A stretch of DNA of 64,000 bases from Bacteroidales bacterium (lineage in GTDB: Bacteria > Bacteroidota > Bacteroidia > Bacteroidales > UBA12077). Shown piece by piece: positions 31,636-40,721 of the stretch. Each line of letters opens with the position of its first letter. Within the stretch, counting starts at the first letter, position 1. The position numbers were made by a program, and so were the translations under genes. The notes beneath the pieces were generated by a model. It did no database searches. It had not been told where the DNA came from and was given only the letters and a program-made list of their open reading frames with translations. The stretch covers positions 233 to 64,232 of the forward strand of contig DMBU01000108.1 in the NCBI GenBank assembly GCA_003446015.1, given 5' to 3'.

Positions 31636-32613
31636 CTAAGCTTTGAAAAAATCTAATTCATTGCTTAAGTCAACGAAATCATATTTTTCAGATAACTCAC
31701 GAATTTTTTTCAACTGATTTTCTCTAAATTTTCTGTGGCTATCTGTATTTGGATTAAATGGCCGATGATTTTTAGCTAAAAGGATCTTTTCAATTTCGCT
31801 TGTAATTTCTATCGTATCTTTTTCAAAATAAGTTTTGGAAAATTGCTCCCAAATATAATCAACAGCAAGTTTTGAAGGATGCAACATATCGTCGGCATAG
31901 AAGCGGTAATCTCGTAAATCATCCATCATAATTTCATAAGCAGGAAAATATTCTATATTATCAAAAATCTTTTTTAACTGATGGATAGCTAATAACAATG
32001 TTGATTTACTTAACTGATTTTCAACAGCTCCATCTTTCCAATGACGAACAGGACTAACAGTAAATATTATTTTTAAATCACTATTAAATTCTTCTAATCT
32101 GTTAATCAATTTTGCCCAATTCACAAAAATGTCTTCAACTCCGAGCTTAAACCTTCTAAATTCTTTGGCCGGTATTTTTTGACAGTTTGAAACTACCTTC
32201 CCAAATTTAATGTATTCGTAAACCCACGCTGTACCAAAAGTAATAACCAGATATTTTGTGTTTTGTAAATGTTTGCGAGCCAGGTTAACTGTACCATTTA
32301 TTTTTTCTAAGCAAGCTTGTTTATCTGTATCAGAAAACTCAGTATCGTGATAAAAACTAAACCATTGATCGTTGAAAAAACTCAAGTCATTTTCATTAAA
32401 ATTCCTGTGATCCAATAAAATTTCCAAGCCATGTCGGACAGAAACAGGATTGTAGAGAACTCCAAAGGCATTAACATTTACAGGAAACTTTAATTCTTTT
32501 AATCTGTTTCCTATATTCTCAGTAAAACAAGAACCTAAAAACAAACCGGGTGTTTGGTAAGTTATTTTGTTTTTGGATGGTTCTGGTTGTATGGTTGTGC
32601 GAAAGTTTTTCAT
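31636..32613 (-). CDS. GSCFA-family protein
   Basis: The eponymous motif FLGSCFTENIG is present. Start set at the ATG (MKNFRTT); the ORF-track start at 32622 is a TTG inside the inverted repeat. Confidence 0.8.
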   Translation of the reverse strand: MKNFRTTIQPEPSKNKITYQTPGLFLGSCFTENIGNRLKELKFPVNVNAFGVLYNPVSVRHGLEILLDHRNFNENDLSFFNDQWFSFYHDTEFSDTDKQACLEKINGTVNLARKHLQNTKYLVITFGTAWVYEYIKFGKVVSNCQKIPAKEFRRFKLGVEDIFVNWAKLINRLEEFNSDLKIIFTVSPVRHWKDGAVENQLSKSTLLLAIHQLKKIFDNIEYFPAYEIMMDDLRDYRFYADDMLHPSKLAVDYIWEQFSKTYFEKDTIEITSEIEKILLAKNHRPFNPNTDSHRKFRENQLKKIRELSEKYDFVDLSNELDFFKA

Positions 32614-32620
32614 TTTAAAC

Positions 32621-32646
32621 AAGCTATTAGCTGTTAGCTTTTAGCT
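32621..32646. repeat. left arm of a perfect 26-bp inverted repeat
   Basis: aagctattagctgttagcttttagct is the exact reverse complement of 33021-33046. Confidence 0.95.
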
Positions 32647-32993
32647 TCCAGCTTATTCATAAAACCATAAATCATCATTTGCTCTTCATCTAACATTTTA
32701 AATAAATTAGATAATTCATCTTTTGCAGCATAGTTAAGAGTTTCTATTATAATTGTTTGTGTTTCTACTTCAAATGAAGAACCAAGAGCTATCTCAAGAA
32801 ACCTATAATAGTCCTTTTCACTTCTTCTGGAACTTCCTTCGGCAATATTAGACGGAATGGATATAGCAGCTCTTGTTAATTGAGAATAAAGTCCATATTT
32901 CTCTTTGTCGGGTAAAAAGGAAGCTATTCTATATACTTCCTTTACTATTTCTATTCCTTTTTCCCAGATTTTTAACTTTTTAAAATTCTTCAT
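32634..32993 (-). CDS. four-helix-bundle protein (23S rRNA intervening-sequence protein / Avd-like family)
   Basis: 119 aa. Hallmark YSQLTRAAISIPSNIAEGSSRRSEKDYYRFLEIALGSSFEVETQ. Confidence 0.9.
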   Translation of the reverse strand: MKNFKKLKIWEKGIEIVKEVYRIASFLPDKEKYGLYSQLTRAAISIPSNIAEGSSRRSEKDYYRFLEIALGSSFEVETQTIIIETLNYAAKDELSNLFKMLDEEQMMIYGFMNKLEAKS

Positions 32994-33020
32994 TGCTTAA
33001 GATTATATGTTTTGACTTGC

Positions 33021-33046
33021 AGCTAAAAGCTAACAGCTAATAGCTT
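33021..33046. repeat. right arm of the perfect 26-bp inverted repeat
   Basis: agctaaaagctaacagctaatagctt. Overlaps the last 8 codons and the stop of the hydrolase gene. Confidence 0.95.
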
Positions 33047-33877
33047 TTTCTCTATCCAATTACTTACAAACTCAAAAATTTCATCTTTTCCCAACTCGTT
33101 ATGTAACTCATGGTACATTCCTTCCCACTCTTTGTAAGTTATATCTTTATTTAATTCTTTTGCTTTTTCGTAAAAATCCTTGCTTGCCTCGTAAGATGTA
33201 ATATTATCCTTGTTGCCATGTTGAATTAAAACAGGAATATTTAATTTTTCAGCATTTTCAAGCACCCAGTGTCCGGCATTATAAATTTCAAAAAACATAC
33301 GTGCAGAGATTTTTTCATGCACTAATGGATCCTTAATATAAGCATCAACAACTTGTTTATCGTGTGAAAGCGATTTTACTTCAAGATTTGAATTCTGAGT
33401 AAATTTAGGATAAAGCTTATTCATTACTCTTGCCAGAACCAACATCAAAGCAGAAGGATCAAAAGACAGTTTGTACCATGGTGAAGAAATTACAGCTCCT
33501 ACAAAATCATTTTCTCTTTTTAAAATATAATTGGTGACAATGTTCCCCCCTAAACTATGCCCATAAATAAATTGCGGCAATTTTGGATGAAGCTTTTTTG
33601 ATTCTTTAACTAGTACCTCAATATCGTCCAAAAAATCATCAAATTTATGAATATGCCCTCGACGTCCGTCGGATTTTCCATGTCCCCGATAATCAATTGC
33701 ATGAATAAGAAAACCTTTTTCGGCAAAACGCATTGCCCAATGATCATATCGCTCGCTGTATTCTCCAAAACCATGCACTAAATTTATGATAGCTTTTGGG
33801 GTTTCTTTTGGCTCCCATATATATCCTGAAAGTTTCATTCCATCAAATGAAGCATATGCGGTTGATTTGTAATTCAT
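33023..33877 (-). CDS. alpha/beta hydrolase (lysophospholipase/monoacylglycerol-lipase-like)
   Basis: 284 aa. HGFGEYSERY, nucleophile elbow GHSLGG, and C-terminal HELHNE. Confidence 0.85.
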   Translation of the reverse strand: MNYKSTAYASFDGMKLSGYIWEPKETPKAIINLVHGFGEYSERYDHWAMRFAEKGFLIHAIDYRGHGKSDGRRGHIHKFDDFLDDIEVLVKESKKLHPKLPQFIYGHSLGGNIVTNYILKRENDFVGAVISSPWYKLSFDPSALMLVLARVMNKLYPKFTQNSNLEVKSLSHDKQVVDAYIKDPLVHEKISARMFFEIYNAGHWVLENAEKLNIPVLIQHGNKDNITSYEASKDFYEKAKELNKDITYKEWEGMYHELHNELGKDEIFEFVSNWIEKKLLAVSF

Positions 33878-33922
33878 AATTGTTTAGCTTAGTATAAAAT
33901 TCCTATCAAATTTACTGATATT

Positions 33923-34327
33923 ATGCAACAAATCATACAAATATCAACTGATAAACAGAATGGTTTATATGACATAACCTCTCAAATTGAAAAGATCGTT
34001 GCAGAAAGCAATATTAACACTGGAATAGTAAATATTTATGTACAAGGAGCAACTGCTGCAATTATGATTCAGGAAAACTGGGATGATTCTGTTCAAAATG
34101 ATGTAATAAATTTATTAAAAAAATTAATTCCTTCAGGAGTCTGGTTGCACGACGCACAAGACAATAATGGTGATGCACACCTTAAAGCAGGGATTATTGG
34201 ACCAAGCGAATGTATTCCAATAATAGATGGTAAAATGGGTTTGTCGACCTGGCAAAATATATTTCTTTGTGAATTTGATGGCCCCAGGAGTAAAAGAAAT
34301 ATTGTAATTTCAATTCTTTCTGATTAA
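33923..34327 (+). CDS. yjbQ: YjbQ/UPF0047 family protein (secondary thiamine-phosphate synthase)
   Basis: 134 aa. ATAAIMIQENWD and GDAHLKAGIIGPS. Confidence 0.8.
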   Translation: MQQIIQISTDKQNGLYDITSQIEKIVAESNINTGIVNIYVQGATAAIMIQENWDDSVQNDVINLLKKLIPSGVWLHDAQDNNGDAHLKAGIIGPSECIPIIDGKMGLSTWQNIFLCEFDGPRSKRNIVISILSD

Positions 34328-34400
34328 TTTCGTTCATCGATGATTGAACAATTTAAAATTCGGGTTGTATTAAAACATTGTTAAATTTTAAAAAAAGAAA

Positions 34401-35285
34401 ATGATTAAAAAAATCACTTTATTTATCACTTTGGTATTTTTATCAAACATGTTATTGCAAGCTCAGGAAGAGGTTGATACAACTAAAGCATGGAAGTTTA
34501 ATGGATTTACTTCCATCAACTTTTCGCAAGTTTCGTTAACAAATTGGGCTGCAGGAGGTGAGAACTCTTATGCTTTTAACGGATTATTGAATTTATCATC
34601 AATTTATTCGAAAGACAAAAACGATTGGGGAAATACTCTGGAAATAGGATATGGAATCCAAAAACAAGGCAATCAGGACTTGCAAAAAACAGATGATCAT
34701 ATTGATTTTCAATCGAAATATGGCCGTAAAATATCCAAGTCATTTTTTATTAGTGCCATGTTAAACTTTAAAACTCAAATGACCGAAGGGAAAAAATATG
34801 AAGCCGATACCAGCTATGTTATTTCTAACTTTCTTGCTCCGGGCTATTTGCAAGGTGCTATAGGTATGGAATATAAGCCCAACGAAACTTTCTATGCAGT
34901 AATTTCGCCAATAACAGGGAAATTAACCATGGTAATGGACGATACTTTATCGGCCCGAGGTTCTTTTGGTGTTGATCCCGGTTCGAAAACACGGATGGAA
35001 CTTGGAGGTTCTGTAAGTATTGGAGTTAATAAGGAAATCATGAAGAATGTAACGTTCAATTCTACGCTGGGGTTATTTACCAATTATTTAGAAAATCCCC
35101 AAAACATTGATGTTGACTGGAAAGTTTTAATCAATATGAAAATCAATAACTACTTATCAGCTAATTTGAATACAAATCTTATTTATGATGATGATATAAA
35201 AACATCGGATGAAAATGGGAATCCCAAAGGAGCAAAAGTTCAGTTCAAAGAAGTATTTGGAGTAGGCTTAACGTATAAATTTTAA
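34401..35285 (+). CDS. outer-membrane beta-barrel protein, DUF3078-like
   Basis: 294 aa. Signal peptide, SINFSQVSLTNWAAGGENS, alternating beta pattern, and terminal YKF. Confidence 0.6.
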   Translation: MIKKITLFITLVFLSNMLLQAQEEVDTTKAWKFNGFTSINFSQVSLTNWAAGGENSYAFNGLLNLSSIYSKDKNDWGNTLEIGYGIQKQGNQDLQKTDDHIDFQSKYGRKISKSFFISAMLNFKTQMTEGKKYEADTSYVISNFLAPGYLQGAIGMEYKPNETFYAVISPITGKLTMVMDDTLSARGSFGVDPGSKTRMELGGSVSIGVNKEIMKNVTFNSTLGLFTNYLENPQNIDVDWKVLINMKINNYLSANLNTNLIYDDDIKTSDENGNPKGAKVQFKEVFGVGLTYKF

Positions 35286-35311
35286 AGATATTGGCTTTTA
35301 ACTATGCGCCT

Positions 35312-36262
35312 TTAGCTATTAGCTAAGGGCTTTTTTATAAAATCAATGTTTCGTTTTAAACCTTCAAATTTTGTGCGTTCTATTGGCGAGTTTTTAAACA
35401 ACTTTTTAAAGTTTAGTTTATCGATATTCTGCCAATCATCTTTTGTCAGGTTCTTTAGTTGTTTGGTAATTTTAAATTGGGGTTCGGAATGAGGTTTTCT
35501 ATTGGTATTCCATGGACAAACATCCTGGCAGATATCACATCCAAAAATCCAGTCGTTCCATTTACCTTTAAATTCAAATGGAATTTCACCTTTTTTTTCG
35601 ATCGTTAAGTACGAAATGCATTTTCGGGCATCTAACTGATATGGTGTTAAAGCATTTGTGGGACAAGCATCAATACATCTTGTACATGTTCCGCAATAAT
35701 CTTTTCCCAGATAGCTATCGGGAGAAGTATCGTACCCGAGTTCAATATCAACAATCAATTCACCAATAAAAAAGAATGATCCAAATTCTTTGGATATCAG
35801 ATTTGTATTCTTGCCAATCCATCCCAGACCTGATTTTGCAGCCCAAACCTTATCCATTACAGGAGCTGAATCAACGAATGCGCGACCGGAAACATTTTTA
35901 ATTTCTTTATTGATAAATTCAAGTAAAATTTGGAGTTTTTCTTTTACAACAAAATGATAATCTTTACCATAGGCGTATTTAGAGATCTTATAGGAATCTT
36001 CTATTTGTTGCTCTTCCGGGGAGTAATTCAATAAAACTGAAATAACTGATTTTGCTCCTTCAACTAATTTTCCTGGATCTGTTCGTTTCTCAAAATTGTT
36101 TTCCATGTATTGCATTTCGCCCTGGAAACCATTTACTAACCATTCTTTTAATTGTTTTGATTCCTTTTCCAGAAAATTTGCTTTAGAAAATCCTATTGCC
36201 GAAAAACCCAATTCAAGAGCTTTTTGTCTTATTTTATTAGTATTTGAGCGAATTATATCCAT
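35312..36262 (-). CDS. queG: epoxyqueuosine reductase
   Basis: 316 aa. 4Fe-4S motifs [13 protein letters not shown] and [11 protein letters not shown]. Confidence 0.92.
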   Translation of the reverse strand: MDIIRSNTNKIRQKALELGFSAIGFSKANFLEKESKQLKEWLVNGFQGEMQYMENNFEKRTDPGKLVEGAKSVISVLLNYSPEEQQIEDSYKISKYAYGKDYHFVVKEKLQILLEFINKEIKNVSGRAFVDSAPVMDKVWAAKSGLGWIGKNTNLISKEFGSFFFIGELIVDIELGYDTSPDSYLGKDYCGTCTRCIDACPTNALTPYQLDARKCISYLTIEKKGEIPFEFKGKWNDWIFGCDICQDVCPWNTNRKPHSEPQFKITKQLKNLTKDDWQNIDKLNFKKLFKNSPIERTKFEGLKRNIDFIKKPLANS

Positions 36263-36273
36263 CGTAATTTAAC

Positions 36274-36346
36274 CACTAAGGCACTAAGCACAGGAAGAAA
36301 AACTAAGTTACACAAAAATAACTTGAAATCTGAAACCTGAAACTTG
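36274..36346. repeat. short tandem repeats: two octamers plus three heptamers
   Basis: cactaagg cactaagc (36274-36289) and ttgaaat ctgaaac ctgaaac (36323-36343). The reverse complement GTTTCAG resembles the heptamers at 21253. Confidence 0.75.
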
Positions 36347-36398
36347 TTTTAGATTCGAACAAGCCTATCAATTCTATAAGAAATCTTAAAAGGCAACG

Positions 36399-36719
36399 TT
36401 AGAGTAACCCCAAATCCAACATCGCTTCTTCACTCATGAGACTTTTATCCCAGGGTGGATCAAAAACGAGGTTGATTTTTGCTTCTTTAACTCCTTCAAT
36501 TGCATTTGTTTTTTCATGAACCTCACTGAGTAATTGATCAGCCATTGGGCAGTTTGGTGCTGTTAAAGTCATTTTTACTTCAACTTTATTTTCCTCATCT
36601 ACATCAATAGCATATATCAAACCCAGATCGTATATGTTCACTGGTATTTCAGGGTCGTAAATCTCTTTTAGGGTTTTTACTATTTCGGCTTCTAAAGCCA
36701 TATAATCATATTGTTCCAT
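36399..36719 (-). CDS. sufT: SUF-system Fe-S assembly protein (DUF59/SufT-like)
   Basis: 106 aa. IYDPEIPVNIYDLGLIY and LTAPNCPMAD. Last gene of the suf operon. Confidence 0.85.
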   Translation of the reverse strand: MEQYDYMALEAEIVKTLKEIYDPEIPVNIYDLGLIYAIDVDEENKVEVKMTLTAPNCPMADQLLSEVHEKTNAIEGVKEAKINLVFDPPWDKSLMSEEAMLDLGLL

Positions 36720-36730
36720 AATGCCCCTCC

Positions 36731-37156
36731 TTAACTTCCTAATTTAGCATGATAAGCCATAGCATACAATTTCATTTGTTTAACCATGGCTAATAATCCA
36801 TTCGAACGAGTAGGTGAAAGATTTTGCTGCAGACCGATTTTATCTAAAAAATAGAGTTCATTATTCAGAATATCTGCAGGTTTTTGTCCATTTAACACCC
36901 GTACTAAAAGAGCTGCAATACCTTTTGTAATTATAGCATCGCTATCGGCATAAAACTTTATTACTTCGCCATCCAAATCAGCAAAAAGCCATACTTTTGA
37001 CTGGCATCCTTCAATTAAATATTGTTGAGTTTTATGTTTTGGATCAATTGCAGGGAGATCTTTACTTAGTTCAATCAGATAATTGTATTTATCCATCCAA
37101 TCGTCAAAGATTGAAAACTCCTCAATAATTTCGTCTTGTTGTTCGTTTAATGTCAT
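36731..37156 (-). CDS. sufE: cysteine desulfuration protein SufE
   Basis: 141 aa. IEGCQSKVWL active-site Cys context. Confidence 0.9.
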   Translation of the reverse strand: MTLNEQQDEIIEEFSIFDDWMDKYNYLIELSKDLPAIDPKHKTQQYLIEGCQSKVWLFADLDGEVIKFYADSDAIITKGIAALLVRVLNGQKPADILNNELYFLDKIGLQQNLSPTRSNGLLAMVKQMKLYAMAYHAKLGS

Positions 37157-37214
37157 TTTTTATTTCTTTTTTTTGCAAAGACGTAAAGTCGCTAAGAATG
37201 TTTAAAATACAAAA

Positions 37215-38438
37215 TTAACCAAACATTTGTTTAACTGTCAAAATTGCTTCGTACAATTTGTCAATTTCCTCTTTGGTATTATAAAACGAAAAAGATGCCC
37301 GAATTGTTCCTTCTACATTTAACCGATCCATCAAAGGCTCGGCACAATGATGACCTGTACGCACTGCTATTCCCATTTTATCGATTACCATTCCTGCATC
37401 AAAATGATGAATATTTTCGAGAATAAAAGAAATTACGCTAACCTTATTTTCTGAAGTTCCAATAACCTTTAAGCCATCAATTGATTGTAACTTTTTGGTA
37501 CCATAGTCCAATAATTCTTTTTCATAAGATGCAATATTTTCAAGTCCAAGTTGCTGAATATAATATATAGCTGTTGCAAGTCCGATTGCTGAAACATAAT
37601 TTGGAGTTCCAGCTTCGAATTTAAATGGTAATTCGTTGAAAGTAGTTTTCCCGAACGTAACTTTTTTAATCATCTCACCACCAGTCATGAAAGGCGGCAT
37701 TTCATTCAACCACTTTTCTTTTCCGTAAAGTACACCAATTCCATTTGGACCATAAACCTTGTGTCCTGAAAAAACATAAAAATCGCAATCCAACTCCTGA
37801 ACATCGATCTTTCCGTGTTGTACACTTTGTGCGCCATCAATTAGTACCGGAATATTTGTTTGATGTGCAATATCAATCATTGTTTTAACATCATTAACTG
37901 TCCCCAGTGCGTTTGAAACTTGATTTACTGCTACAATTTTCGTTTTTGGTGAAATCAGTTTTTTATATTCATCTAATAACAATTCTCCCTTTTCATTTAT
38001 TGGAATGACTTTGAGAATTGCTTTTTTTCGTTCGCAAAGCATTTGCCAGGGAACAATATTCGCATGGTGCTCAAGGGTAGAAATGATAATTTCATCACCT
38101 TCGTTTACATATTTTTCGCCGAAAGAGAATGCAATTGTATTGATTGATTCAGTTGTTCCGCTTGTAAAAATTACTTCATGATCATAGGATGCTTTAATAA
38201 ATTTCTGCACAACTTTTCTGGCGTCTTCATATCGCTGGGTTAACTGTTCGCTCAGATAATGTACTCCACGATGAATATTGCTATTCTCGTGTGAATATAT
38301 TTTTATTTCCTCATTAATTACACACAGGGGTTTTTGAGTAGTTGCTCCATTATCGAAGTAAACCAAGGGTTTATTATAAACCTGTTGGTTTAGAATTGGG
38401 AAATCTTTTCGTATTTTTTGAATATCTAAATTTGGCAT
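37215..38438 (-). CDS. sufS: cysteine desulfurase SufS
   Basis: 407 aa. LEHHANIVPW, PLP lysine in FSGHKVYGPNGIG, and catalytic Cys in RTGHHCAEP. Confidence 0.95.
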   Translation of the reverse strand: MPNLDIQKIRKDFPILNQQVYNKPLVYFDNGATTQKPLCVINEEIKIYSHENSNIHRGVHYLSEQLTQRYEDARKVVQKFIKASYDHEVIFTSGTTESINTIAFSFGEKYVNEGDEIIISTLEHHANIVPWQMLCERKKAILKVIPINEKGELLLDEYKKLISPKTKIVAVNQVSNALGTVNDVKTMIDIAHQTNIPVLIDGAQSVQHGKIDVQELDCDFYVFSGHKVYGPNGIGVLYGKEKWLNEMPPFMTGGEMIKKVTFGKTTFNELPFKFEAGTPNYVSAIGLATAIYYIQQLGLENIASYEKELLDYGTKKLQSIDGLKVIGTSENKVSVISFILENIHHFDAGMVIDKMGIAVRTGHHCAEPLMDRLNVEGTIRASFSFYNTKEEIDKLYEAILTVKQMFG

Positions 38439-38517
38439 TTTTATTTATTTTAGATTCCTCGTTTACAACTCGGAATTAATTCGACTAAATGATTTTGCAA
38501 ACAAAATCAAAGTCTCA

Positions 38518-39885
38518 TTAACAGCAATGCATCTGGCAAGAGTTACATCTCGATAACTCGCCTCGCAGACGTTTGTCAACTAAATCCTGAATACGATCTT
38601 GTAATGCAGGAACCTGAATCGCTTTAATTACATCATTAGCAAAAGCATACATCAATAATAATTTCGCTTCTTTTTTTGGAATTCCTCGAGCCCGCAAATA
38701 AAACATTGCATCTTCGTCCAATTGACCAACCGTTGCTCCATGACTACATTTTACATCATCTGCATATATTTCAAGCTGAGGCTTTGTATTGATATCGGCA
38801 TCATCTGTAAGTAAAATATTGTTATTTGCCTGAAATGCCTTTGTTTTTTGTGCATCTTTTCTAACGAGTACTTTTCCGTTAAATGCACCTGTTGCAAAAT
38901 CATCTAAAACGCCCTTAAATAACTGATTACTTATACAATTAGGAAAAGCGTGGTCCATAAAAACATAATTATCAATATGTTGTCCTTTATCTGTTAAGTA
39001 AAGTCCGTAAGTGTTGTTTTCACAGCCCTCACCATTTAGCAACACATGTACGTTGTTTCTGACCAGCCCTCCATGTAGCGTAATTGTATTTGCATTAACC
39101 CGACTATCTCTTTCCTGATGGAAATATAAATGAGAAACTTGTTTTGATCCGTTATGCTCGTTTTGCATTCTAGAATAATCGAAACCAGCATTTTGTCCAA
39201 CAAAAATTTCAGATACTGAATTTGTCAGAAAGTTTGGGGTTGATAAGGTGTGATCACAAACAACAACAGAGGCCTGACTTCCTTCTTCTAATATAAATAG
39301 ATTCCTGTGTTGTGTAAAACCCTCTTCCTCATCCATTAACAAATTAATAATCTGAATCGGTTTTTCGATTAAAACATCCTTGGGAACGTATAAGAAAATA
39401 CCATCTTTAACAAAGGCTGTATTTAATGCAACCATTCCTTCCTTCTCCATGTCAGCATATTGGGCAAAATGCTTTTTTACCAAATCTGGATATAATTCTG
39501 CCGCTTTTTGGAAACTTCCAATAATTGCTCCTCCAGGTAATTCAGTAATCAAATTTTCCCGATCATAATACCATCCATTTAAAAGAAGTATAACCTTTGT
39601 ATTAATTTCAGGAACATCACATCTAAAAATATCGTTGATCTGAAATTTAATGTTCTTTGGCGACAAATACATTTTATAGCCATTATCAAACTCTTTATTC
39701 AGATCTGTATATTTATAATTTTCATTCTTTTTATCGGGGATACCAATATTTTTAAATAGCTCAAATGCTTTCTGTCTGGCAATATTAATATATTCAGGGG
39801 CATCGTTTTTTAGTGTATCAATGTTATCCTGATATATTTCAATAAATTTCTGCTTTGATTCTATTTTAACTGCTTCTAAGCTCAT
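38518..39885 (-). CDS. sufD: Fe-S cluster assembly protein SufD with a Cys-rich C-terminal tail
   Basis: 455 aa. SufD beta-helix region and QLEIYADDVKCSHGATVGQLD. Ends with RCNSCQMHCC. Confidence 0.9.
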   Translation of the reverse strand: MSLEAVKIESKQKFIEIYQDNIDTLKNDAPEYINIARQKAFELFKNIGIPDKKNENYKYTDLNKEFDNGYKMYLSPKNIKFQINDIFRCDVPEINTKVILLLNGWYYDRENLITELPGGAIIGSFQKAAELYPDLVKKHFAQYADMEKEGMVALNTAFVKDGIFLYVPKDVLIEKPIQIINLLMDEEEGFTQHRNLFILEEGSQASVVVCDHTLSTPNFLTNSVSEIFVGQNAGFDYSRMQNEHNGSKQVSHLYFHQERDSRVNANTITLHGGLVRNNVHVLLNGEGCENNTYGLYLTDKGQHIDNYVFMDHAFPNCISNQLFKGVLDDFATGAFNGKVLVRKDAQKTKAFQANNNILLTDDADINTKPQLEIYADDVKCSHGATVGQLDEDAMFYLRARGIPKKEAKLLLMYAFANDVIKAIQVPALQDRIQDLVDKRLRGELSRCNSCQMHCC

Positions 39886-39924
39886 ATGTTTGCTTTTAAA
39901 ATTCCGACAATAAGCATTAATTAC

Positions 39925-40677
39925 CTATTTATCAGAATCATTCTTTAACCAATCATAACCCTTTTCTTCTAGTTCGAAGGCTAATTCTTTTCCTCCGGAT
40001 TTAATTATTTTTCCATTATTAAGTACATGAACATAGTCTGGAATTATGTAATCCAACAATCGTTGGTAATGAGTGATAACAATTGTTGCATTTTCTGCAG
40101 TTTTTAACTTATTAACACCATTTGCAACAATTCTCAATGCATCAATATCCAGACCTGAGTCTGTTTCGTCAAGAATTGATAGCTTAGGTTCAAGCATAGC
40201 CATCTGGAAAATCTCATTTCTTTTCTTTTCTCCACCAGAAAACCCTTCGTTTACAGATCTGTTTGCTAATGCAGCATCTAACTCAACCAATTCTTTCTTT
40301 TCACGCATTAATTTAAGAAAGTCTGAAGATGATATTGGATCTAAGCCTTTGTGTTTTCTCTGTTCATTTACAGCAGTCTTCATAAAGTTAACCATACTTA
40401 CCCCCGGTATTTCTATTGGATACTGAAATCCAAGAAATATGCCTTCACTAGCACGTTCTTCGGGAGACATCTCCAAAAGGTCTTTTCCAAAATAACTAAC
40501 CTTTCCTTCTGTAACCTGAAAAATTTCTCTGCCTGCAAGTACAGATGCCAAGGTACTCTTGCCGGAACCGTTTGGACCCATAATAGCATGTACTTCACCT
40601 GCTTTTACTTCAAGGTTAATTCCTTTCAGAATTTCTTTTCCTTCAACGCTTGCTCGTAAATTCTTTATTAATAACAT
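39925..40677 (-). CDS. sufC: Fe-S cluster assembly ATPase SufC
   Basis: 250 aa. GPNGSGKSTL, FSGGEKKRNE and ILDETDSGLD. Confidence 0.97.
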   Translation of the reverse strand: MLLIKNLRASVEGKEILKGINLEVKAGEVHAIMGPNGSGKSTLASVLAGREIFQVTEGKVSYFGKDLLEMSPEERASEGIFLGFQYPIEIPGVSMVNFMKTAVNEQRKHKGLDPISSSDFLKLMREKKELVELDAALANRSVNEGFSGGEKKRNEIFQMAMLEPKLSILDETDSGLDIDALRIVANGVNKLKTAENATIVITHYQRLLDYIIPDYVHVLNNGKIIKSGGKELAFELEEKGYDWLKNDSDK

Positions 40678-40721
40678 CTTATATCTTTTTTCTATTTTAA
40701 AATCTTTAACCCTTTAACATT

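Noticed and set aside
32614-32622. TTG start giving MFKM... for the GSCFA gene
   Set aside because: The TTG lies inside the 26-bp inverted repeat. The ATG at 32613 (MKNFRTT) is the more plausible start.
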